DNA of 64,000 nucleotides from Klebsormidium nitens (taxonomy: Eukaryota; Plantae; Klebsormidiophyceae), in assembly GCA_000708835.1 (NCBI GenBank), contig DF237267.1, positions 39,284 through 103,283 on the forward strand, read 5' to 3'. Below the pieces are notes generated by a model. It saw only the letters and a list, made by a program, of their open reading frames with translations. It was not told where the DNA came from and did no database searches. Shown piece after piece: positions 1-11,100 of the stretch. Position 1 is the first letter of the stretch. Each line of letters starts with the position of its first letter. The translations under genes were made by a program, and so were the position numbers.

Positions 1-3000
1 ACCATGGGGGGCTTCTCTGGTCCTACTTCGTGGTGGTTGTACCCCCTGAATAAGAACAGCTGTACAACGTCGCCCAATTTCCAAGCGGCGCCGGACGCTG
101 TGAGGGCTACTGTTAGCAACCCGACCCGAGCATACAGCCAATCTGCAACAAACAAACGACGAGTGAGGACAGAAGATGTTACGACGGACAAGTCAACCCT
201 GAATAGTCGCACCACAGGTGGTTGACTTTCGAATGGTCGACAAGCAAATACGTATACGAGCTGCTGTGGTGTTGACACAACAAAGATCATGCAGTGCGGT
301 AAACTGCATTATGGATCAAGAACCCAGAAGACATCATTGAAGAAAGTCTGACCGGCAGTCCAACAGGTTACAGAATGACGGTGCATTCGAAGAGCACCTT
401 GCGAAAAAAAGGGACAAAGATATCAAGAATCAGCCTCAAAGCTGAAACACGCCCCATCAACTCTCGCGGAGATGCCTCAAAGCTTCTACAAAACTAAAAT
501 TAGAGAACCTTGAAAACTTGGAACACCTGAGAAGAAAAACTTGTTGAATAGATTGTTCCCCGCCTCGTCAGCCTAATCACATGCTCTCACCAGAAAGAAA
601 CAAAGAGGTCTTCCACGCATTCCGAGTCTCCAGACATCATGTCAAGCAGGGGGAAAGCATGACCGTTGAGGGTAAACCACATACCTGGTGAAGAGAGGAC
701 CGCAGCTGATGCGGTCAGAAGCACCGCCGCAACAACCAAGCCCACTCGCAACGCCTCTATCTGTCGAAGGGCTTCCTGGCACGTCTTGCAGTGCTTCGTG
801 TGGCCTTCATACCGGTTGAGCACTTTCTGCAAGGATGTCACACGCGGGCAACTTAGGACTGCCGGCGGATCGACGCACGTGGACATGACGCGAAGGAATA
901 TAGGCGCTCGATGCTGACAAATTGACGGCCGACGACCAATCGTGAACCCTCTCAGCGAGTTTCCTGGGCATTCCAAACTTGGACATAGCGAGAAAGGTTC
1001 TGAACTCCCCAGCCAAGCGTCAGAACGAATGCCACGTGGCACTCGATTTCCACTTTGAAAAGCAGACCGTTTGTGTGCTGGCATTTGGGTAGCCTGTGTT
1101 AGGTACCAATCGCCAACTCTAGTCTGAGGCCATCGCTTTTCCCAAGAAAGTGTCTTCACGACAGTTAGTCACTTGTTAAGGCGAGGCCAATAAACCCCAC
1201 AACATTCTCCTATCAAAGAGCATATTGAAGAGCTTATAGTCCCAGCTGGAACAGTGTCAGTGGTTCAATCGAACACACATTCAAGCCCAACCATCTCGTC
1301 ATCGAAATACCTTGAAATTTTTCACTCGAAACACAGATCCTAGCTCATTTCGGTTTTCTAAAATGTCAAGAGTCTGCCCACTCGGACTTTGGCCTAAGGC
1401 CACGGCTGACGAAGAAGCGAAAGCGGAGGGAAAAGAAAGACGCGTATCGAGGGAAGCGCAAGAGAACCGCGTTGCAGCTCCTTCCGAGCTGCATTTGATT
1501 CGAGATCTTCTGTGAACAAGAGTCGATCCGCTTATGACTGAATCACTCAGACCAATTGACAGTAATACCCAACGACTTGCTCGAAAGATGTTGTAGACAG
1601 CGTCCTAAAGCTTCTAACGTTGGCTGACGCACCTCTTTCGGGAGCACTGCTAGCGGGATCTTCGGATCGACCCCCGCCGCATATTGAACGCCCCCGTGCC
1701 CAAACTTTGAGAGCCACTGCCGAAAACCGATGACGAAGCGGTCCGAAGCGGTCGGCATGAAGTAGACTTTGTTGAATTCTTTGGCACTCGCCCCGGTGTT
1801 CGCATACTGGACTTGCTGCAAATTGAAAATGCCAGTACGTTAATGCAAGAGAAGCACTTGGAAGCAGATGTTGCACGTTATTATAAGATTTCTAGTCGCA
1901 CCAGACTTTACGTACTGGATCTGCTGCAAAGGAGAGGACGTGCTACTTTGAAAAGCGGGCATTTGTTGGGAGACCGTGACGGCCCGAGTCGCCCCGTTAT
2001 TACTTCTGCTCTATCGGAAACGCCGAACGAGGAAACAGCTCTGGTAAAAGCGCGGCCTCACTTGATCGAGCAGCTTTCCTTGGTTGAAGGAGAAGCTCCC
2101 TTGTGTTGAGCGATGGCAACATTGAGCATCAGCCGTGATGATCGCCCCAGCGCAAAAACCAAACAGCAAGGATGCCGGAATAGTGGCTGAGGCGTGTTTT
2201 GTCCAGAAACATTATGAAACTGATAAGGAGAAGCATTATGAAACTGAAAGGGAGAAGCGCAATCATGCGTTCTGGCCAGACAGCCCGGCGCTTACCTGCC
2301 AGTGTAGGAAGGAAGCATCGCCATCTAAGATGTCCTGAGACTGGAGATGTGCCAACCAGCGAGGGCGCAGGTACTTGAAGTACCACGGCAACTTGACCCC
2401 GAATGCGTCAATCTGCAACAAAAGGAATATCATGTTTGGGCGACATCGACACAAAAAGCCTCCCGTTTTGCACTTACAACAAAGCCCCGAAAAATGTGGA
2501 CGAATATGTGGAAGTCAGTGAAAAGCACGAGCGGTTGGGAGAGGTGAAGTTGGAAGACAGAACGGCTTCCTTCTCTTCGCTGAAAGCAAGCTTTTAGTGA
2601 AATCACTACTTTGTCCTCAAGACCCGGCTCTGAGGGGTTCGTCTCTGTCTTCTCATTTGGATCGAGGTTCGAGGGGTTACAACGGCAGTTTTTTCAAAGC
2701 ACCCCTTGGAATACGCTCCATTCAAAGCGGCACCTTCCGAAACAGATACGCATCAGTAAAACCGTAATTTCAACCGGCGTCCAACCCGGTTTCATCCATA
2801 TTAGGGAGAAGTCACAGCGAGGAGACGGTGGGCCTCGGCATTTATCTCCCACCCCTCGTCTTCAGAATCGAGTAGGGTCGTCTCACCAACACAAGCCGGC
2901 TTTTCCCGGGCACTGTGGGCGTCATGTAGAGGCAGGTGAAGCTCTCCCGACTTTTGCCGTCCTTTTCAAGGACCCGGTGGTAGTGGAAGCGGCCGGGCGC

Positions 3001-6000
3001 TTTAAATTCCACCTGCACAGATAACCAGAAAACTTTAATAGTAATCACGAAGAGGAATCTTCTAGTTAACCAACACTAAAATCCTAAAGCACTAAATGAC
3101 TCGCGAACCCACCCTAACCACCATACTAATCCCACCGCCCTCGTCGGTTCCTTATTACTCTTAGACCTTGTTACTATTAAACTTTACTTCTATCCTGCAC
3201 AGCACCAGACAGCCGTACTCAAAACAAAAAGTCCTCCCACAACGATCTGCTAGGGTAGATCCTCCGCGTTTTTCAGTCGCACTTGGACGGAACCACCCAG
3301 GACCATGAATCAATAAGCTCCGAGTGATAAGCTCCAATTAACCCTAAAACTCCTGACCCAAAACGATACCTGCTACCCAGCCCAACCTAAGCCAGAATTA
3401 ACCCTACCCTTCTTGTTACCTCGGCTAATTTATTTTCAGTCTCAAGTTTGATCCCGGGACCAGAAGCTGGGACTGAGATCAGGTCGGAACTGCGGATCTC
3501 GTAGGAGCTTATATAGTTGACTTCTACTTTTTACCACATCCAGTTTAGCCGATTTCAAAGGCGTCAGCATCAGAAAGCACTCCTGTCAATCTCATGCTGA
3601 CAGACATCCAATTTGACTACCGAGCCTGCCCCTCAAAACCGGCAGGGTTGCTTTGGCAATCAGGGTGGGCACTCAAAAATGCGGAATGTCAACCGGGCTC
3701 AAACTTTGATCGCGCTTTTCCTTGGGCTATAATCTTTAAATTCTAGAATTAAGCAGCTCTTGATCAACGTAAGATAGAGAGAAGAAAAGTTCCTTTACCG
3801 TCGATTGCATGGAGTCGCTGAAGACGTAACCCCCACTAACACCAGTAAACCCGTCGGCGCCCTTGGACTGGAGCGTCAGCGGGAGGGGCTTGCCTTGCTT
3901 TCTTCGCAAGCCGCCCACTCCGTGATGGGCGAACGGCAAATGAGACGGATCGGTGATGTTCTCTGCTAAGACGTCAAACCTGCAAAAGTAGCAAAGCGAC
4001 CTCGTCGTTCCCATGACATCAGCCACCAGGGTTTAGAAAGTTGACCAGTGACTGACTAATAGCAGATGGGACTGCTCGGCAAAGTTTTTGAGATTGCTTC
4101 AGTCCCGCAGACGGAGGGTTGGTACGACAAAGAAGATGGGAAAGGAGCACAATCCGGTCCTTCGCACCCCACAACGGGTTTCAAAACAGTGCTGCGTAAC
4201 CATTTGATAGTAACAGAAGAGATGCTCGTTCCCATTTGACCTTGGTCTCATATCATTTTTACCACTAACTTCCGACATGGAATCCCGCCGAGACAGTTAC
4301 TGCCCAAGATAGTAGAGAATCGAAGTATTCATCGCACTTAGGTTGAGTTCGGCCGAAGCTTTTCCTACGGCTCCGATCTCTTGCAAGCCACCGCTGCTTT
4401 AACAATTCTGCATCACTAAAAATCTTTGAAGACGATTGACTGCCGCAGAGACGGAAACGGTCTGTATCAGTCGCAGTCCGGAAGACCAACGCTGACGCTC
4501 CTTAGTAGAAGCGGGTCACAGAAACAAGAGCAGCTCCGCCGGCAGCCACGAAAACAAACGAGTGTAGAGAGAAAAGCGCACCCGTATTCCAGATCTCGTA
4601 CTACAGAAGACCGCGTGATTCCCTCTGCATACAGCTCGTCCAGAAGGGGTACCGGCGTCCTCTCAGCTTCCTCCGCTCCTTTCGCGTCCGGCCATACGAA
4701 GAGCAGGTCGTGTACCTCTCTGACGGAGAATGACGTCACCCGGGCGCGGTCGGAGGCGGCGGCACGAGACTCGGGGCCCTCTGTGGACGCCTGTATGAAC
4801 CAACTGTCAATACAAGGGGAACCTAATGCGAGAAGCAGAAAGCACTTCAAGCCGACCCAAGTTGGCAGACGATTGTGAGAAGAAAACATGGGGAGTGCAG
4901 GACGGTTGGTGACAGACTGGACGCGCCAGATAAAGCAGTAGTGGTTCTCAGATTACATAAGATAGCTTGGTCATGCACCCAGAGGGATACATTCGCTTTC
5001 TCCAACTACGAACTATTGTCGACACCACAAGGAGGATGGCTCTGTCGTCGGTGGCAAAAAGGTATCTTGAAGTCAAATATGATAAAACGAGACAATTGTC
5101 GGATCACAATGGGACATGCGCAGAGAAGTGCGACTTGCCTGCGGTATACAAGTACAGCCGCCATCGCCCTTGAACGACCAGCCGTGATATGAGCACTGCA
5201 AGTGTCCGTTCTCATCGATGCGGCCCTGCATCAAGGAACAGGTTGATTACTTTCATTCGAAACCAGCCTTTCTGCAATTGATGGTTCTTGTGATACTTTT
5301 CAAACGTTTCTTCTTTGCCGGGCAATCGAGTTGAGTTCACCAGTGACGGACTCAATTCTCTTTTGCAAGTCCTCTTTAGGCCCCTCAATCAGCCTACAAA
5401 AGTCCCCTTAAAGCCATTTTCAGACCAAAAATACTTCAAACAATGGATCAGCTGCATGACAACAAGTTGGATGGGCAAAAGGATGCAAGGGATTCAAACA
5501 ATGGATCAGCTGCATGACAACAAGTTGGATGGGCAAAAGGATGCAAGGGATTCGATGGCACGTCTATTCAGGCTGGATTGGGGGGAAACGACCCTTACTA
5601 GAACCCAGAAGAGGAGGCGTCAGGTGGCACACGCAAGAGGAGCACATGGAGGAACAAACTTAGCTCCTTTCAACCTGACTTTGTGCGGAACGCCGGTGCC
5701 ATTCAAAAGGTTTCTGGATAGCAAGACACATAAGTGGATCCAGCAACTTTTTAAAAGGGAGTTCTAGAAGCTCAACTTCAGAGCAGGCGTTGAAAGCGTG
5801 GCTTACCTCAGAAAGGGGAGCCAGGCGATGCGGGCACTGGTCAAGGAAGCAGGTCCACTTGTCCTGAGTACGGTCGAACCAAAGAACCATAGGAATGCCA
5901 AGGACAGTCAGCGGCGTTGGCACATTCTTGTCAAGGTCTTCAGGGAGTGCGACACAGTACCTGGAACCAAAGAGTCGACAATTGCAAAAGTCCACATGGA

Positions 6001-6526
6001 GTGCGAAATTGGTTGGGTCAAGGACCAAACAAAATAGGACTCCCATTTCCCGCTTTGGTTCACGATACTGGTCCTGTGCTCAGAAGCTTCTCATGTGACA
6101 CTTGCAGACATACCTTGATATATATCACAGAGCACGACAGAACTCCTTTTGGAAGTGCTTCGATAGAAGGATAGGTACGCACCAGTTTGCATTCCACCTG
6201 AAGTCCGACTTCTCCGTTTCAGACTCCTCATCCTCCAGCTCTGGCATCTCATAAGCTGGGGGACTGGAGACGGTTGCGTGCGTTTGCACCACCGGTCTCA
6301 GCTGTCCCCTTCGAGATGTGAGAAGGCCCCCAGTGGCCCTACTATAAGAGTTACTTGCTCCATTGGTAGGCAAGTGTTGAAAAGCTTTTAGAAGGCTTGG
6401 GAAGAGTGGATATCTTGCAACAACCAAGGGCTTGACAGGCCTTATTCCTACATGGCTCCTTCCATGGGGAATAAAGCAACCGCTTAAACCAGATGGGAGG
6501 CAAACTCTGATGGTGTCGGACAACAT
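1..6526 (-). CDS. Rieske non-heme iron oxygenase, pheophorbide a oxygenase/TIC55/PTC52 (ACD1-like) family, probably plastid-targeted; 3' end outside window
   Basis: Phase-consistent exons 6526-6183, 5960-5807, 5225-5139, 4790-4582, 3979-3841, 3012-2887, 2412-2296, 1815-1633, 826-685, 142-<1. Rieske ligands CPHR...CSYHGW; mononuclear Fe motif [15 protein letters not shown] and LDGD; C-terminal HCKTC then hydrophobic helices and FRGYNHH; Ser/Arg-rich N-terminus resembling a transit peptide. Family assignment is from recalled motifs; subfamily unresolved. The track ORF starts at TTG 6535; the first ATG is 6526. Confidence 0.9.
4791..5138 (-). other. GC-AG intron in the Rieske oxygenase gene
   Basis: CAG|GCAAGT...ATACAG|GCG joins CTCIPQ to ASTEGPE, matching the family pattern CxxIPQAxxEGPE; no in-phase GT at this junction. 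Confidence 0.8.
5435..5553. repeat. Exact 58-bp tandem duplication in intron 2 of the oxygenase gene
   Basis: Unit caaacaatggatcagctgcatgacaacaagttggatgggcaaaaggatgcaagggatt at 5437 and 5495. Confidence 0.95.
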
Positions 6527-8168
6527 GATGGCCAAGTTGTGCCTGCAAAAAGGGAAGGATGCAACACGAGTTAGTGAATGAAAGATGTCAAGGGAAGTTC
6601 GGCAGCGGGATTGTGCAACATGGCATACTTGATCGCTTCCAGCAGAACTCTGTACTTCTGATCATGCCAGGGGGCTGAGGGTGTGGGGTGCATGCAGCAG
6701 ATTGGGACGCCCGCATTGCTCAAGCAATCCGCAGCAACGAAACGCAGAGGAATCCACAGCATCTGCAAGATGGTCTCAGCCCCCGTCACTACTGCGATGA
6801 GAAGGTGATAGGTTTCAACCCAACCACGAGTTTTAGATTCCCTTCATGCCTAGCTGCAGAGGCGTGGACTGATGATGTCAAGCACTTGCAACTTGCAATT
6901 AAGCTGCTCTCAAACGTACAACTTTTCCTCACCTCAAATTCAATTTGACGTGCCGCGTCTCGACGGGGCATTAATTGCTTCTGCAGAATTGTCCAGCTCC
7001 TCAATCAGGACCTTGCTGCAACCGTGCAAGGTGCAATCAGGCCAGGAGACCTTGCAAGAAACTTAGAATGTCGCGCTCTTCGTTAATCTGTCTTGGATAA
7101 GAAGCTGCTCAAAAGCGGCCTTCCTCTAGACGTCGTCAGAATCAGAGTGTATCATGCATGCAGGGGCAGGGGTCGTTAGGGTTTGGAGCTGACAAAAACC
7201 CTAAAACTCAAGGGTCTCCTGCTTTTCACCTGAACTTTTCAAGTCAGCTTTCGTTGGAATGTCAAGAGCGCAAGGGCGCTGTGGTTGTTGGAAGCCATTT
7301 GAGCAAACGTCCTGATCAGCATACTGTGGCGCCTAGCAACCTGAAAGCGTGTTGAGATTATCTTTCAAAGATAGTGAAAGCTGTGCCCCTGGTTGGATAT
7401 TGTGGGGTGAACGTTTTCTGGAGCGGGGTGAGTGCTGCGGAACATACCTTTCACTTTGTTGAGCATTTGCTTGCCATGAACAATCTGGCGGCTCGCAATA
7501 AATTTTCTTGTCAGGCTCACTGGTTAGACCTTGGCATACCTCTCCTGAGCACACTAGTTTTCTAGCTTCTAAAGTGTGCTCGTTCAAGTTCAACCGCAGC
7601 TAAATTCTCAACGTCTGAACATGTCTGCTTCACATAAGATGGGGTACTGGCCTTCATGAATCACTGAGAGCCCCCTCAAAAATTTCTCATGATGTGGCGT
7701 CTGGCTGTCGTTAAATTGCAACATCATTGCTTCAAACCAATGCAGCATTACAGGTTCATGATACTCCCCTGATTTGGTCGTTCCACTTTGTCAGTCTCAA
7801 AGTTGCCCTTGGCCTTGAGGTCCTAAATTTGACATTTCTGGAGGTTTAGGTGCACAAAGCCGAATGCACCACCCCTGGAAAAAGTAGCAACAAAGACAAA
7901 CGCAGTGCCAAGTCTCTCAAGCTCGCCAAAAAGTAACTCAGCAAGAGAGCGAGATCAAGCCGTAAAATTTTAACGTTGAGGAAGGAAAGGAAAGCTGGCC
8001 TTACAATCAAACTTTTTATCAACGAGAGTTATCGGTCCTCAGTTGCATATATCAAGAGTATTGCAAGGCCTTAATTACATGCTCGAGAGAACAAACAGAA
8101 TACAAAAGCGTCCAAGGATTGGACTGATCAACTGAGTTCACTGTTGGTTACAGACTTTCTTGTTAAAA
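6527..8168. promoter_or_regulatory. Divergent intergenic region between the oxygenase (-) and NUDT3 (+), with an inverted telo-box pair
   Basis: Head-to-head gene orientation; TTAGGGTTT at 7176-7184 and AAACCCTAA at 7196-7204. Regulatory role is inferred from position only. Confidence 0.4.
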
Positions 8169-11100
8169 ATGGAGGACCACAAGCCAGAGGAATACGTCGA
8201 GCTGAGAGTGGATGATAAGACCACCATGAAGGTAGAGGAGCACTTTGATGTTCTAGACGAGAACGGGAACCTCACTGGCAAGACAAAGGCCAGGTGAGAG
8301 TTACCGTTTGCCAGTAAGAGACTACTTACTTTTGCGAAGCCGCCAGCGGACAGTGTTGATGCGACAATCCAAAAGATGACCCCTTGGTTTGATTTAAGGC
8401 GCTTACTTCCTAGTGCCAGACCCCACGAACAAAATGTGCTGTTTTAATTCAAAATTGTCCTATGCTCACATTTTGCCTTACAGACGCTACACCCTTCTAA
8501 TGCCTTAAGGTTGTATGGTCGCTCCTCAGCACTGAATAAAGACCGCTCCCTTGAGGACTCCGTCCCTCAGCTTTATCGATTGTCTGCAACTTTATCTCTA
8601 TTTATTTTAAAATGGGCTTCGGAAGCCATTAAACCACCTTGTTTGAAATGAAGAGGCACTCCGGCTCCCTCCGAAAGACCCTTAAACTTTCCAAGAAAAT
8701 CCTGCACCCATTACTTCGACGCTCAGAACGTATCGCAGCCCCCTCGAAACTTTCTACTTGATCAGGTTTCCTGCGCATCTGCCCGGCTCTGCTACAGAGT
8801 CCCTCAGGATGACATTTACGTAAGTAAGGGGTAGCTCCGGATGCTCTTCTCATCACATAGTATCGCGGCTTTGTCCACTTCGTCATCTCGGGCTTGTGTG
8901 GCGCGCTTCCCCGGTGTTCCTACCGGGCAAACTCCAATTCCTAACCCCGTTCTTCTTCCCCACCAGGAGCGCCGTCCACCGCGACGGCGACTTCCACCGG
9001 GCAGTCCATGTGTGGATCTTTGCAGAGAGCACGAAGGAGCTGCTTCTACAAAAGCGGTCCGACGACAAAGACTCTTGGGCGGGGCTGTGGGACATCTCGA
9101 GCGCGGGGCACATCTCCGCAGGGGACGCATCGCTCAACTCTGCCAGAAGAGAACTGGCGGAGGAGCTCGGAGTTACGCTGCCGGCCGAGGCGTTCGAGTT
9201 TCTGTTCGTCTACCTGCAGCAGTCGTGAGTGGCAGTGCTGCTTCGTAAAACTCTGATGAGTCTGGCATCCTGCTACGAATCAATGGTCCGTATTGAGTGT
9301 CGTTGATCATTTGGCTCCTTGATTCACTTTGAAGTCCCAAAATCGCCGCAGGGAGGGTCGAACTCGACGTTAGAGTCTTTGGTTTTGGATTGCCTGTGGC
9401 TTTCCCTTCGAGCATCGGGCAAGAAAATGCTCTCTTAGTCGGAGTTTGCCGTTGTTAATAGTGCCCTGCCGAACTTACCCCACACGTAGCAGGAGCTTGA
9501 GAGGGCGCCTCGCCTAGGCCTTGCTATGGTACCCGGTCTTGCTCGTTCCCGACCCGGCTTTCAGGAACAGAGGCTCTACCTTCGTCCTAAGTCTCGTTTC
9601 CTAAGATCTGCTTCTCCTGCTTCGTGGTTCACTTCTGATCTTTACAAATCCCGCCGAGCAGGGTCACCAACGAAGGCACGTTCGTGAACAACGAGTACAA
9701 CGATGTGTACCTCATCACCACCGCAGACCCCATCCCTCTCGAGGCGTTCGAACTCCAGGTGAGAGGCACACTTTCAACATTCTGTTGGGGGCGCTATTCC
9801 TGGAAAGAAGTGGTATGCGTTTTGTCGTTTCCTACGTAGACTTCAAGGAGAGGCTGTCGATCTTTGCAGGATCCGGTTGAGAAAAATTGAAGCTGAGCCG
9901 AACGGCGTCCATTTTGCGCCGGTTGTGCACAGAAAACCACGAGGTGGTGTATTTGGGTTTGTAATTGTTGGGTGCGAAGATTCGTACGAAAGGAAGGCGT
10001 TTTTCATTGTTCAGAAAGCTCTGCATCGGAGTCGTGAGAGGTCATCAATGGTGCTTTGGGGTTTTTGACACGATCGACAAGTGAGACAGAGTACGATTTC
10101 TTAAATTAGATGTCGGTCAATCGGTCCAGTCTCTCAGTCAATCTTGGGATACTGAGAGTATCTGAAGCCGATATGGCGTCGAGGCCTCGAGAATGTTCCT
10201 GTAGTGTCAAGAGAATTTGAGGATGCTTTCCTAACGAGACTCTCAAATGTAAAATCATTTGTTATTATAACTTTAGTAAAACTGTCTTCATTTTTTACGT
10301 TTCCCTAAATCTAAGCGTTGGGAAAGTAAGAAGTTTGTCAAAAGTGCTCAATTTGCCAGCGGCTCCTTTGCCCGGTACGAAATGAAGCCTCGATTGCCTT
10401 CCAACGGGAAGCAAAAGACTCGATTGGGAATGTCGCTCCGTGCAGGAGTCTGAAGTGTCTGCAGTCAAGTACATGCCTTACAGGGAGTACATCGAGGCGC
10501 TGAGAAAGGGTGACCCTGCTTACGTGGACTATGAGACGGACGGGCCTTACGGGAAGTTTTTCCAGACCCTGGCCGAGAGGTAAGTGCGCGTCTTGTGGAT
10601 GTGAAAGGCCGCTGTATCGTCGGGTATCGGCAAGTTGCTCCGTTTATGCGGTGCATCAAAAGAAGGTCACTTGAGCTACACCTTATCGGTTGTTAGATCG
10701 TGTATTAAAAGCAAAGCTCCGTGGACAAATTTCGGCAAAGAGCAAGGGCTTATGGCTCTTAGCGAAAGCCATTCTACTTCATGTTGGACCTGTCGTCATT
10801 TGTTCTTTGCTTGACACTGCAAACACCACTCGCGTCGTCTGGGCGTCATGTCTTCACTACTTAGGGCTGACTCGTTGCGTCCTGGTCGCGAACCCGCCTT
10901 TGAATTCCCAAAAAGGTAGCCTCAATCTCAAACAGGGGAGAGAAACGTACGGGAAAGAAGGTTTCTCCAAGAAGGCGACGCTCTCGTTAGATACGGTTTG
11001 CATCAGACAAGATATCGCGCTTCTTTCCTTAGGTACGATGGCGATGCCGTCAAGAGAGAAGAGAAGTTGAAGAAGCAGGTGGCTAGATACGTCCCGGTCA

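Noticed and set aside
6789-7900. Protein-like fragments on the minus strand upstream of the oxygenase
   Set aside because: Stops in all frames and no consistent exon chain; cannot be separated from UTR or intergenic sequence.
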